Numbered from the stretch's first letter, positions 36,834-47,282 are shown. The stretch is 64,000 bases of DNA from Bacteroidales bacterium (GCA_031551645.1 JAVBNI010000001.1:10902-74901); one strand, 5' to 3'. Numbers and translations are program-made. The notes: generated from the letters alone by a model not told the origin.

Positions 36834-38327
36834 TCAACGTTTCTCAGAAGGGAGTGAGGGCAACTTGATATACATGTTTTGCCGGGCGGGATTCCGGTCG
36901 GCAGAGGACCCAACAATTTCATATGTCGGGGTTGCACTTTTCCGTTTGGCCGAAGTTTCTCCAAAAATATATTTTATGGTAGTGGATAACAACAGTTCAT
37001 CCGTTTCGCCCAAAGGTTTCAGAACAAAATTGTCATCCAGCTCATGCAATTTGATATCCGGAGTGAATCCATTAACATAATCTGAAAAACCCAATGAGTT
37101 TTCATATTTTAAAACAATTGGTTGCATCCCCCAACTGTTTTTCTTTTGTTTCACGGGATCGTCTTCATAAATAGAATACGATCCCACATTTTTTCCTACG
37201 GTTGTTTCACCGACAAGAATAACTTCCATATAAGGCTTAAGCCCGTTGATGATCAACTCGCTGGCCGATGCGGTAAAGTCCGAAACAATCAGGTATACCC
37301 GTTTTAGGCCTAACTGGTTAATGGGTATCCGTTCCACTACCTGGCCGTTACTATATCGCTCAAGACTATTCACAAAATAAATTTTGTTATAGTCTTTGCC
37401 GTACCATTGCTGGTAAACACCATGAAGGTATGGGTTATAGGTCTCGGTCCCGAAAAGCTGCGTCGAATTACAATTGGAAATCATACTGGCAAGAGCAATG
37501 GAAGTCGATACCGTTCCGCCACCATTATATCGCAGGTCGACAATCAGTTCGTCGGCAGCATTGGTCTTGAATTTTCCGAACAAATTGTTCAACTCCTTTT
37601 CATAGCTCAAGCTTCCATCGCCATTATCTTGCGCAAAAAAGTTATAAACAAAATAACCTATTTTCTTATTATTAACGGTATATATGGTATCCAGGAAAAT
37701 GGGATTTTCCTTGTATTCGACTACCCGGAACGAAATGGTTTCTCTTTCGTATATGGTATTTTCCGAAAAAAAAGCTTTGGTTATGGTATGGGGCTGCGAA
37801 ATCTGGGCAAGCAAATCAAAAACATTACTATCCTGCATCAGTATACCATTGATTTTCAGAAAAAAATCGCCCCGTTGGATATTCTCAGATTCAGCCGGCG
37901 ACCCCGGTTTAATGTATGTGACACAACCTATCCAATCAAAATCGTCAGCCCCCGATATCCGGAAAATATAAAATTCATAACCGGCTTCGGTATTCACCCC
38001 GGCCAATGAATTGACCAGTTCGGTAGAATTATCCTGTATCCACGAAAATCTATCTTCTTTGGAGAGAAGTGATTCGAAGTAAGCAGATGGTTCAAGTGTT
38101 TTATCCGTATTCCCGGGTATTTGCTCGTTCCAAAAATAATAAACCTCCATGTTCTCCAATATCCAGTCATTGATCTCTGCATACTCATTTACAGCCGGAC
38201 ACTGTTCACAGTCCGGACAGTCCTTACAAGCAGAGACAACCGACAGAAGACTCACAACACACAAAACCCAGACGGATCTCAGTTTCACCGACTCCATTAC
38301 ACCCCAAAAAAATCTCATATTCATCAC
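36834..38327 (-). CDS. S41-family C-terminal processing peptidase (lipoprotein); start codon uncertain
   Basis: 497 aa. It has a lipobox (LLSVVSAC), a PDZ-like segment (GSPAESENIQRGDFFLKING) and an S41 core (DLRYNGGGTVSTS...SDFTASASELIINGLK...VGETTVGK). Confidence 0.8.
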   Translation of the reverse strand: MMNMRFFWGVMESVKLRSVWVLCVVSLLSVVSACKDCPDCEQCPAVNEYAEINDWILENMEVYYFWNEQIPGNTDKTLEPSAYFESLLSKEDRFSWIQDNSTELVNSLAGVNTEAGYEFYIFRISGADDFDWIGCVTYIKPGSPAESENIQRGDFFLKINGILMQDSNVFDLLAQISQPHTITKAFFSENTIYERETISFRVVEYKENPIFLDTIYTVNNKKIGYFVYNFFAQDNGDGSLSYEKELNNLFGKFKTNAADELIVDLRYNGGGTVSTSIALASMISNCNSTQLFGTETYNPYLHGVYQQWYGKDYNKIYFVNSLERYSNGQVVERIPINQLGLKRVYLIVSDFTASASELIINGLKPYMEVILVGETTVGKNVGSYSIYEDDPVKQKKNSWGMQPIVLKYENSLGFSDYVNGFTPDIKLHELDDNFVLKPLGETDELLLSTTIKYIFGETSAKRKSATPTYEIVGSSADRNPARQNMYIKLPSLPSEKR

Positions 38328-38624
38328 CTTTTATAGTTGAATGCAAACCAATAACCTTTTTTCATTATCCAGAAACATAATCGACAAAAAAACATTAAAA
38401 CCAATCATATGATCTATATTTGACTACAAAAAAAACATTGAAATAATTACCCGATTTAAGGATAAATATTACCCATAAAAACAAAAATAATGGCTTTTAG
38501 TAGAAAATATTTTGAGATGAAACAATGTCAAAATACATTTGGTGCGTTTTGAAAAATAAACAAAACACACAATAAAAGGATCAAGTGCCCGTTTTGGGAA
38601 GTAAAATTAATATTTTATTATTTA

Positions 38625-39749
38625 ATGAAGACATACAAGTGTTTTTTATTGATACTGGCAACAGTGGTATTGGCCGCCTGTAGCGGAAGCAGTGAAGATG
38701 AACTCATAGGTAACTGGGTAAAGGTGGGCGATTTCGGAGGCGCCCGTCGCGGGTTTGCAAGTTATTTTACCATCGGCAATGTGGGATACGTAGTCGCCGG
38801 ATATAACGGCTACCAACCTCTCCGGAGAGACATGTGGAAGGTCGAAGTGGGGACAAATGGAGTAGGCTCCTGGACCAATACAACCGACTCGCTGCCTAAG
38901 GGTATGGAACGCAGGAGCGCCGTTGGATTTAGTGTCAACGGGAAAGGCTATATCGGTACCGGATGGGACAATCTCGAAAAAATCATGAATGATTTCTGGG
39001 AATATGATCCGAGTAAAAGCGGAACAGGTAATGCATGGAGACAAGTGGCTTCGTTGCCTGTGGCGGCCCAGGCCAGGTATGATGCAATATCATTTGTGCT
39101 TAACGGAGTAGCTTATGTAGGTACCGGCTATACCGCAGGAGCGGATCAATCGTGTCTGCTGGATTTCTGGAAATTTATTCCGCCATCGGATGCACTCCCT
39201 AACGGGGGATGGGAACAAGTCACCTCCATAGGCGGTAGCAAAAGAAGCGGAGCAGTGGTATTTGTAATCAATAATGTCGCTTATGTATGTACTGGAAGCA
39301 ACATCGGAAGCACTACCTCGGGAAATATATATGATTTTTGGAGTTTCGACGGCACTAACTGGAAAAAACTTCGTAACATCAACAATAGCGACATTGATAA
39401 CGATTATGATGACGAATATACGTCCATTGCACGTGTTCATGGGGTAGGGTTTACCTTGAACGGGAAGGGATATGTTGCTGTAGGTAATATGGCACAAACA
39501 TGGGAATATGAGCCTCCGGTCTATTCGGAAAGCGGGGAATTGATTTCAGGTGATTTATGGACGCAAAAAACTTCATTTAATCCTTCCGGTAGTGCTGCCC
39601 CACGTCAGGGAGCAGTCATATTGGAATTCCCAGCAGGAACTGCCACCGACCACGATATGGTATTTGTAGGGACAGGATTATACGGATCCTCATATGTGGA
39701 AGACATGTGGAATTTCTATCCTGATGATGAAGACAATGTTTATGATTAA
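38625..39749 (+). CDS. Kelch-repeat-like beta-propeller lipoprotein
   Basis: 374 aa with a lipobox (VLAAC). It has repeated motifs of the form G..R......(I/V)(N/G)G.(G/A)Y(V/I)..G.. Confidence 0.5.
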   Translation: MKTYKCFLLILATVVLAACSGSSEDELIGNWVKVGDFGGARRGFASYFTIGNVGYVVAGYNGYQPLRRDMWKVEVGTNGVGSWTNTTDSLPKGMERRSAVGFSVNGKGYIGTGWDNLEKIMNDFWEYDPSKSGTGNAWRQVASLPVAAQARYDAISFVLNGVAYVGTGYTAGADQSCLLDFWKFIPPSDALPNGGWEQVTSIGGSKRSGAVVFVINNVAYVCTGSNIGSTTSGNIYDFWSFDGTNWKKLRNINNSDIDNDYDDEYTSIARVHGVGFTLNGKGYVAVGNMAQTWEYEPPVYSESGELISGDLWTQKTSFNPSGSAAPRQGAVILEFPAGTATDHDMVFVGTGLYGSSYVEDMWNFYPDDEDNVYD

Positions 39750-39846
39750 TAAGTATTGATTTTTTAGCTATCGAAAAGCATCTTCCTGTAAAGGCAAGAT
39801 GCTTTTTTGTCTTATCTAATCCTGACAAAATAAACCCACAACAGCC

Positions 39847-41193
39847 ATGAAACCGCAACTGATCGTCAACGCCATCATTGTCAACGAAGGACGGAAACAA
39901 AAAGGAAACGTGCTGATAGAAAATGGCCGGATAGATGGTATTTTTTATGATACGCCACCCGAATCCATTTTTAACGCGAGTATCGTGGTCGATGCTGAAG
40001 GGAAATACCTGTTACCGGGCGTCATCGACGACCAAGTTCATTTCCGGGAACCTGGGCTTACCCACAAAGGTGATATCTACACCGAATCGCGGGCAGCCGT
40101 TGCGGGCGGAGTCACATCCTTCATGGAAATGCCCAATACCGTCCCGCAAACTACCACGCAGGAATCACTTGCCGGAAAGTTTGAATTGGCTGCACAAAAA
40201 TCTTTAGCCAATTATTCGTTTTATATCGGCGCAACGAATGAAAACATCGACGAACTGCTTCGTACTGATTTTTCGAAAGTATGCGGCGTTAAAGTTTTCA
40301 TGGGTTCATCCACAGGCAATATGTTGGTGGACGACATGGAAACATTGCAAAATATATTTAGTCAGGTGCCTGCTTTAATTGCAGTTCATTGCGAAAACGA
40401 AGAAATTATCAGGGCAAACACCGAAATATTCAGGAAACAGTATGGCGAGGATGTGCCCATTGCCTGTCATCCTGCCATCCGAAGCACGGAAGCATGTTTC
40501 CGGTCGAGCGCACTGGCTGTAGACCTGGCGCAAAAATACAATACGCGGTTACATGTGTTGCATCTGTCAACAGCTAAAGAAATGCAACTGTTCAACAATA
40601 CCTTACCCCTGACTGAAAAGCGGATCACAGCCGAAGTCTGCGTCCACCACCTTTGGTTCTGCGACTCCGATTATGCAAAATACGGAACGTTAATTAAATG
40701 GAATCCTGCAGTGAAGACGGCCACCGACCGTGAAAAGCTACGTGAATCGCTGATAAATGGCACCATTGATGTGGTCGCTACCGATCATGCCCCACATACG
40801 CTTTCAGAAAAACAAAATACCTACTTCAAGGCGCCATCGGGCGGACCATTGGTACAGCACTCTTTGACAGCCATGCTCGAACTTGCACACAATGGATACA
40901 TGAGCGTAGAACAAGTAGTGGAGAAAATGTGTCATAATCCTGCTATTTTGTTTGGAATAGAAAAAAGAGGATTTATCCGCGAAGGATACTGGGCCGACCT
41001 TGTACTGGTAGATATGGATTACGAATGGCAAGTGACACGTGAAAATATTTTATATAAATGCGGATGGTCGCCTTTCGACGGACAGGTTTTTCACTCATTA
41101 CCCACCCACACTTGGGTGAATGGCAACTTAGTATACTGCAATGGGATATTCGACGAACAATTTCATGGCAAGCCCCTTATGTTTAACAGATAA
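39847..41193 (+). CDS. pyrC: Dihydroorotase (cyclic amidohydrolase)
   Basis: 448 aa. Motifs are LPGVIDDQVHFREPG, VATDHAPH and ADLVLVD. Assignment as dihydroorotase rather than an allantoinase-type enzyme rests on similarity I recall, not on a test. Confidence 0.75.
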   Translation: MKPQLIVNAIIVNEGRKQKGNVLIENGRIDGIFYDTPPESIFNASIVVDAEGKYLLPGVIDDQVHFREPGLTHKGDIYTESRAAVAGGVTSFMEMPNTVPQTTTQESLAGKFELAAQKSLANYSFYIGATNENIDELLRTDFSKVCGVKVFMGSSTGNMLVDDMETLQNIFSQVPALIAVHCENEEIIRANTEIFRKQYGEDVPIACHPAIRSTEACFRSSALAVDLAQKYNTRLHVLHLSTAKEMQLFNNTLPLTEKRITAEVCVHHLWFCDSDYAKYGTLIKWNPAVKTATDREKLRESLINGTIDVVATDHAPHTLSEKQNTYFKAPSGGPLVQHSLTAMLELAHNGYMSVEQVVEKMCHNPAILFGIEKRGFIREGYWADLVLVDMDYEWQVTRENILYKCGWSPFDGQVFHSLPTHTWVNGNLVYCNGIFDEQFHGKPLMFNR

Positions 41194-41263
41194 CCCGCCT
41201 ACAAACAAATTATGCCGGATTGGTAACCAACCCAGCTTAATATTGTAATGTAAACGAAACGAT

Positions 41264-41644
41264 CTAACCTACGACCTCTATCATCTTAAAAGGTATGCGA
41301 ATGATGGACTCATAGTCTTGTCCGGCTTCCAGCATATCCTCATCGTCTTCGTCATAAAACCAATTAATAGTAACTCCCGAGTTTGCTTTTTGAATGGCTT
41401 CCAATTTCTTGAAGACATCCAGGATACATTTTGATGAACTGGTATTGAAATACTCCAATTGAATATTAACCTGTGTTTGGGGTTTAGCTTCTTTCGCATA
41501 AGCTTCGAGCCAATCGACCAAGGGCTTATAAAATTCAATGGAGTTTTCGGGGATTGAACGTCCTTTGATTTCGATCAAGCCTTTCGATGCATCAAAGCGC
41601 ACAGTTGGTGTTTTGGGAGTTCCTTCTATTGACAACGTGTTCAT
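41264..41644 (-). CDS. DUF1987 / SiaC-like partner-switching protein
   Basis: 126 aa. The sequence reads EGTPKTPTVRFDASKGLIEIKGRSIPENSIEFYKPLVDWL...IQLEYFNTSSSKCILDVF. By my count the Thr in FNTSS is residue 68. Confidence 0.8.
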   Translation of the reverse strand: MNTLSIEGTPKTPTVRFDASKGLIEIKGRSIPENSIEFYKPLVDWLEAYAKEAKPQTQVNIQLEYFNTSSSKCILDVFKKLEAIQKANSGVTINWFYDEDDEDMLEAGQDYESIIRIPFKMIEVVG

Positions 41645-41664
41645 ACTTTATAATTTTATGCTAA

Positions 41665-42216
41665 TTACACTAAAACAAAAATATCTAATCTGTAAAAATA
41701 ATACGAATCATTATACTGATAAAACTGATATCCAAGTTTTTCTTCCGATTTCCTTGCAATATCAATTAAGCCCAACCCCCCTCCTCCTTTGGATGACAGC
41801 TTCTGGTAATTGAGAATAAATTTATACATTTCTTTTAATTCTTCAGTAGACAATGAATTGAGTTTCTCAATTTTTTCGGAAAGAAACTTTACTTTATCCA
41901 CTGCCACAAAATTACCCACTGTCAATTGATATTTACCCTCCAGCTTTTTGATGATGACCATTCCATATTTTTTATCTAAAGTCTCCACCAAATCGGCTGG
42001 TACATCATCCGAATGATGATAAAGATTTTGAAGGCATTCTACCATAACATTATAGATTTTTTTTCTCACTTTGAGATCTGTTGATGTCTCAGCTAATTTT
42101 TCTTCTATATCCGTCAAGATGGTATTAATCTGCTCAGACGATATATCCCCTCCATACGCAAAAAAAACATCACCCCCACAAATTTCGGCAAACAACTGAT
42201 TAATATCAAAGCTCAT
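41665..42216 (-). CDS. SiaB-like (DUF6272) GHKL-fold protein kinase
   Basis: 183 aa with the motifs YNVMVECLQNLYHH and SSKGGGGLGLIDIARKS. It lies 20 bp upstream of the DUF1987 gene. Confidence 0.7.
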   Translation of the reverse strand: MSFDINQLFAEICGGDVFFAYGGDISSEQINTILTDIEEKLAETSTDLKVRKKIYNVMVECLQNLYHHSDDVPADLVETLDKKYGMVIIKKLEGKYQLTVGNFVAVDKVKFLSEKIEKLNSLSTEELKEMYKFILNYQKLSSKGGGGLGLIDIARKSEEKLGYQFYQYNDSYYFYRLDIFVLV

Positions 42217-42257
42217 AAAGACCCTTTATGAAAGAATAAAATCCTAAATATTGGTTA

Positions 42258-42265
42258 CAAATATA
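42258..42265 (-). promoter_or_regulatory. Bacteroidota -7 promoter box (TAnnTTTG on the minus strand)
   Basis: The plus strand reads CAAATATA, i.e. TATATTTG on the minus strand. It lies 42 bp upstream of the SiaB-like start codon. Confidence 0.4.
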
Positions 42266-42391
42266 CATCTTTTATACGGAAATAATGACACAAGGTTACA
42301 TCACCCTGTGTAAAAAATAAAACATATTAAAAAATGTATTGTTGAATCAGTGTTTAAAAACGGCTGAAGGAGCGCTATTAAAATAATGGAG

Positions 42392-42419
42392 AATTGAAAA
42401 TTGAAAATTGAGAATGAAT
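42392..42419 (+). repeat. Tandem heptamer array (AATTGAN x4)
   Basis: The array reads aattgaa aattgaa aattgag aatgaat. It lies in the divergent SiaB / ABC intergenic region. Confidence 0.7.
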
Positions 42420-42768
42420 ACAAATTTCATTAAATCAGTACTATATATTTTTAAAATGGTGATTATTTATCAGCAAGTATTTAAATGAACAATATATGCG
42501 CAAACCATTAAAAATAGAATAATTTGTCATGCAAAAACAAATCCTCTTCTGACTATGAAGATAAAATTCGTATACACAACTGGTTGATAGGCTTTAACAA
42601 TCAATATCAAAGTAAACTTAAAAAATAAGTCGGAAAATAAGAAACATTATTCCTTTTTTTTCGTAAAACGAGGTGATATTTTTTATCAAAAACCGGCTTG
42701 GTTTGTTTATGTCAGTGTGCAGATAAATACTATTTCGAGAAAGTTACATATAAAGAGGTAATCTTAAT

Positions 42769-45700
42769 ATGAGTGAAGAAATTTTAAGGGCGTTGATGCA
42801 ACTGTTTGCATTAATTGTTAAGCAAGATGAAGGGGTCTTAAGCGGTGAACGTGCTTATGTTGAGAGTTTTCTCAACCAGCAACTGAATCAGGAAACCGCC
42901 AACGAGTACCTCAAATTGTTTGACAAGCAGTCCTCGACCGATGAAGACAAAGATGCCGATCCGGAAAAAAAAGTGAAACTGACATCCGTAAAAGATTCGG
43001 TACGGGTACTGGGAATCTGCCGGAAAATCAATAAAACTCTGACACAGGAACAAAAGGTAGTATCGTTGGTACGTTTGTTCGAATTGGTGAATGCCGACCG
43101 GCGGTTTACCGACCAGCGCATGGCAATCATCAATACGGTAGCGGAGGTTTTCAAGGTTTCAAAAGAAGAATTCCAGCACATCGAAACTTTTGTATTAAAA
43201 AACAAACCCGAAGAACTGGATCTATCGGATATTCTGATAATCAGCAGTGATAAGGCTGCTTGCCAAAACGCAAAACATATCGGTACGGAAGAATTACAAG
43301 GAATGATTGTTATTCTACGTGTTCCGAGTGTCGACCTCTATTTTCTCAAATACACAGGCAATGAGTCCCTTTTCCTCAATGGATTGGGATTGAACAAGCG
43401 CCGCATTTACCTGTTTGCCAGCGGTAGTACAGTAAAATTACCCAAAGGTAAACCAGTATATTACAGCGACGTAGTAGCCCATTTCCTAGCCGATCTCACC
43501 GCAAACAAGATTTCGTTCGAGGTAAAAAACCTTGATTTCAAATTCCCCAATGGCGCTACCGGCCTCCGCAACATCAGCTTTACCGAAGGACATGGCAAGC
43601 TTATTGGTATCATGGGAGCCAGTGGCGCTGGAAAGACGACACTGTTAAATGTGTTGTGCGGATTGGAAAACCCCTCGAAAGGCGAAGTTTTGATCAACGG
43701 CATCAATCTGCATACCGAAAAGGAAAAACTCGAAGGCGTAATCGGCTATATCCCGCAGGATGATTTGTTGATTGAGGAGTTGACTGTATTCGAAAACCTT
43801 TACTACAATGCCAAACTCTGTTTCCGTGACAAAACCGAAGAGGAATTGGTGGTATTGGTAAACAAGACATTGAACAGCCTGGGGTTGTACGATCGTAAGG
43901 ATCTGAAAGTGGGATCGCCACTAAACAAGACAATCAGCGGCGGACAACGTAAGCGTTTGAATATTGCTTTGGAATTGTTGCGCGAACCATCTATTCTTTT
44001 TGTAGATGAACCGACATCGGGCTTATCGTCCAGCGACTCCGAAAATGTGATGGACCTCCTCCGCGAACTGGTGCTGAAAGGAAAACTGATTTTCGTGGTC
44101 ATTCACCAGCCTTCATCCGATATCTACAAGATGTTCGACAAGATGATCATACTCGACACGGGCGGTTATATGATATATTATGGTAACCCTGTCGAAGCGG
44201 TGATGTATTTCAAACGTGCCGACGAACAGATCAACAGCGATGTGGGCGAATGCCAGGTGTGCGGGAACGTGAATCCTGAGCTGATATTCAATATCATAGA
44301 GGCAAGAGTGGTTGACGAATTCGGCCGCTATACCAACAAGCGCAAAAAATCGCCACCGGAATGGGAAGATTTATATCAGAAAAATTTTGTTCCCGAAGCG
44401 CAGGATGATATCCAAGAAAAACCACCTAAGGCGCTGAATATTCCCAACTGGTTCAAACAATTGCGCATTTATACCGTCCGCGATTTCTTCTCGAAAATAA
44501 GCAACAAGCAATATCTCTTGCTTACCATGCTCGAAGCGCCCGTATTGGGATTCATACTGGCATATGTAATCCGTTACATCGCCGACCCCATGTCGAACGT
44601 GTATATTTTCCGCGAAAACGAGAATGTACCCATTTTTATCTTCATGAGTCTCATTGTATCCCTGTTCCTGGGCTTGATCGTGAGTGCCGAAGAAATATTC
44701 CGCGACCGTAAAATCCTGAAACGGGAAGCTTTTCTTAATCTGAGTAAGTCAAGTTATCTCGTTTCCAAAGTTTTGATACTAATCACAATATCTGCCATTC
44801 AGGCTTTACTTTTTGTATTGATTGCCAACACTATCCTGGAAGTAAAAGGAATGTATTTTGCTTACTGGCTGGCATTATTTTCTACGGCAGTATTTGCCAA
44901 CGTATTGGGATTGAATATCTCCGCTTCGTTCAACTCGGCTGTAACCATCTATATCATCATCCCTCTGTTGATGATCCCGATGATGGTACTCAGCGGCGCC
45001 ATGTTCAGCTTCGACAAACTGAACCGTAACGTCGGGAGTGTCAACAAAGTACCACTGGTTGCCGAATTCATGGTAACACGTTGGTCGTATGAGGCGTTGA
45101 TGGTGCATCAATATAAGGACAACAAGTTCGAAAAGTATTTTTATGATATTGAAAAACGTGAAAGTATAGCCGATTTTCGCCAGGTATATCTGATCCCTGA
45201 ATTGGAAAAACGATTTAACCAGTGCTATGATGAATTGACAGAAACCGGTAAAATTGAGAAAAGCAAAAACGCTTTGCTAGTGTTGTATAACGAAGTGAAA
45301 AAGGAGTTGGCTGCGAATCCTGCAGCTCAATATGATCTTTCGTTACTGACGCCTGCAAAATTTGATCTTGATGCTGCTTTCAACCTTCAGGATTTCATCA
45401 ACCTGATGGAAAAACATTATATGGAGCAATTTGCTCTGGCCAATGGGGAAAAAGAACGTGTAATCGGGTTTATGCTGGAAAAGAATGCCGAAGCATACAA
45501 CCGGCTGAAAAATACATATCAGAATGAGCACCTGGGCGAAATTGCAAAAAAATCGTTTGAAAAAAACAAGATATTGGAATTCGACCATGAAATGGTACAG
45601 CAAATCGATCCGATATATATGGATCCAACCACTACCGGACTGGTCAATGTACGTACCCATTTTTTCGCTCCAAGGAAATATTTTGCAGGAACCTTCTTCG

Positions 45701-45822
45701 ACACTTATTGGTTTAATATTAGCGTGATTTGGTTCTTCTCGATCATATTATACATCATGTTGTATTTTGATGTGTTGAAACGGTTGATGAATATGTTTAG
45801 CAATATACAATTCAAGAAATAA
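42769..45822 (+). CDS. Fused ABC transporter: TerB-like N-domain, uncharacterised linker, ABCG-type ATPase, ABC-2 permease and a long C-terminal extension
   Basis: 1017 aa. It carries Walker A GASGAGKTT, the signature ISGGQRKRL, Walker B ILFVDEPTSGL and the H-loop VIHQPS (ABCG/White-like). About six TM helices span residues roughly 590-790, followed by a helical segment of about 200 aa and a final TM. The N-terminus ILRALMQLFALIVKQDEGVLSGERAYVESFL looks TerB-like. Confidence 0.8.
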   Translation: MSEEILRALMQLFALIVKQDEGVLSGERAYVESFLNQQLNQETANEYLKLFDKQSSTDEDKDADPEKKVKLTSVKDSVRVLGICRKINKTLTQEQKVVSLVRLFELVNADRRFTDQRMAIINTVAEVFKVSKEEFQHIETFVLKNKPEELDLSDILIISSDKAACQNAKHIGTEELQGMIVILRVPSVDLYFLKYTGNESLFLNGLGLNKRRIYLFASGSTVKLPKGKPVYYSDVVAHFLADLTANKISFEVKNLDFKFPNGATGLRNISFTEGHGKLIGIMGASGAGKTTLLNVLCGLENPSKGEVLINGINLHTEKEKLEGVIGYIPQDDLLIEELTVFENLYYNAKLCFRDKTEEELVVLVNKTLNSLGLYDRKDLKVGSPLNKTISGGQRKRLNIALELLREPSILFVDEPTSGLSSSDSENVMDLLRELVLKGKLIFVVIHQPSSDIYKMFDKMIILDTGGYMIYYGNPVEAVMYFKRADEQINSDVGECQVCGNVNPELIFNIIEARVVDEFGRYTNKRKKSPPEWEDLYQKNFVPEAQDDIQEKPPKALNIPNWFKQLRIYTVRDFFSKISNKQYLLLTMLEAPVLGFILAYVIRYIADPMSNVYIFRENENVPIFIFMSLIVSLFLGLIVSAEEIFRDRKILKREAFLNLSKSSYLVSKVLILITISAIQALLFVLIANTILEVKGMYFAYWLALFSTAVFANVLGLNISASFNSAVTIYIIIPLLMIPMMVLSGAMFSFDKLNRNVGSVNKVPLVAEFMVTRWSYEALMVHQYKDNKFEKYFYDIEKRESIADFRQVYLIPELEKRFNQCYDELTETGKIEKSKNALLVLYNEVKKELAANPAAQYDLSLLTPAKFDLDAAFNLQDFINLMEKHYMEQFALANGEKERVIGFMLEKNAEAYNRLKNTYQNEHLGEIAKKSFEKNKILEFDHEMVQQIDPIYMDPTTTGLVNVRTHFFAPRKYFAGTFFDTYWFNISVIWFFSIILYIMLYFDVLKRLMNMFSNIQFKK

Positions 45823-45855
45823 TTTATAACTTTGTAATATTTAAAATAGAATCTC

Positions 45856-46764
45856 ATGATAAACAAATTGTTGTCTGTCATTGTTTTCGTAGCGTTTGTC
45901 ATGCAGGTAAGTTCATGCACCTGTAGCCGGACTAAATCAAACACAGATGAGTTCGACATTCCCGACTCGATTCGTAACACATCGTTGAAAGTCTCGGATA
46001 ATGTGATGCAGGAAATGGTTGGCAATATCTCGTCGCCTATCGAGATGGCATCACTTATCAAAAGTCTGGGAGTTCCGTTCTCACAAAAATATCTGGCTAC
46101 GACCAAGAATGTGTCGACCTATAACACGAGTTATGCAAAAGCCTTTAACCTGGGTATTTTTGGCGCTGACCTTGGTTTCCTGAACATGTACGGTAAAACG
46201 TCGATGGTATTGGATTATATCACCGCAATGAAAAATCTGGCAGATGGTATTAACGTCGGACAGTTTTTTGATTTTTCGACACTAAAACGATTGGCGACCA
46301 ACAACCAGAATATTGACTCATTGGTGTATATTTCGCAGCAAAGTTTCAATAAAATGGACAAATATCTCCAAAAAAATAATCGGGGAAATTTGAGTATCCT
46401 AATGGTAAGCGGGGTTTGGATGGAAGGGCTGTATCTTTCATGCCAGTTTTATAAGGAAACCCACAACACACGGTTGGCTGAAAGTATTGGTGAGCAAAAA
46501 ATACTGCTTAACCAATTGTTGATTATTCTGAAAAATTACCAGAGCGAAAAATATATTGCTGACTTGATTTCCGATCTGGAGCCTCTCAAAAAGATTTATG
46601 AGGATATCCGTATCACGATTGAAAAAGGCGAACCGCAAGCCGTAGAGGTTGATGGTATGTTAACCATCGTCCAGACCGAAACCAGTACAGTACATTACAC
46701 TGAGGAACAAATGAACGATCTTGTTGTCCAATCAGAAGTAATACGCAGTAAATTGATTAAGTAA
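45856..46764 (+). CDS. Lipoprotein of unknown function (predicted helical)
   Basis: 302 aa with a lipobox (MQVSSC). It lies 33 bp downstream of the ABC gene. No motif recognised. Confidence 0.6.
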   Translation: MINKLLSVIVFVAFVMQVSSCTCSRTKSNTDEFDIPDSIRNTSLKVSDNVMQEMVGNISSPIEMASLIKSLGVPFSQKYLATTKNVSTYNTSYAKAFNLGIFGADLGFLNMYGKTSMVLDYITAMKNLADGINVGQFFDFSTLKRLATNNQNIDSLVYISQQSFNKMDKYLQKNNRGNLSILMVSGVWMEGLYLSCQFYKETHNTRLAESIGEQKILLNQLLIILKNYQSEKYIADLISDLEPLKKIYEDIRITIEKGEPQAVEVDGMLTIVQTETSTVHYTEEQMNDLVVQSEVIRSKLIK

Positions 46765-46827
46765 TTTCATATTCGATATCAAAAAATATTCTTTCGCGCT
46801 CAATAAATATTAAAAATCTCTCAACGA

Positions 46828-47274
46828 ATGAAAAAGATATTATTCCTGTCGTTATTCTTATTTACTATAACGTTTGCTTCGCAGACAGTCAAAGCGCAAA
46901 CAGAAGCCCAAAAGGTTGACTTATGTACCAAGGCTGCCGGTGATGTCACATTCATGTCTGATTATAGTGCACAATTGGCGGCTGCAAAAGATGGGGAACG
47001 TGCACCTACTTTTAAAAAGGCATTGGCTCTCCGCAAAGGAAACCGTTATCGTCTGACCATTTGTACAGATGAAGAATCGGCAGGTGAAGGTGTAATGCAA
47101 TTATATGATGAAAATAAAATGATGGGGAGTTCGTATTACCCGGAAACAGGTAAGGAATACCAGAGTTTCGATTTTGATTGCCAGAAAACGGCAGTATATA
47201 TATTGTTTATATCTTTTAAAGACGGAAAGGAGGGTTCGGCCACCGTAATACTCTCCCACGTCAAAACCCTTTAG
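46828..47274 (+). CDS. Small secreted protein of unknown function
   Basis: 148 aa with a signal peptide (TITFASQTVKAQ) and two Cys pairs. It is followed by a strong terminator. Confidence 0.6.
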   Translation: MKKILFLSLFLFTITFASQTVKAQTEAQKVDLCTKAAGDVTFMSDYSAQLAAAKDGERAPTFKKALALRKGNRYRLTICTDEESAGEGVMQLYDENKMMGSSYYPETGKEYQSFDFDCQKTAVYILFISFKDGKEGSATVILSHVKTL

Positions 47275-47282
47275 CTATCCGG

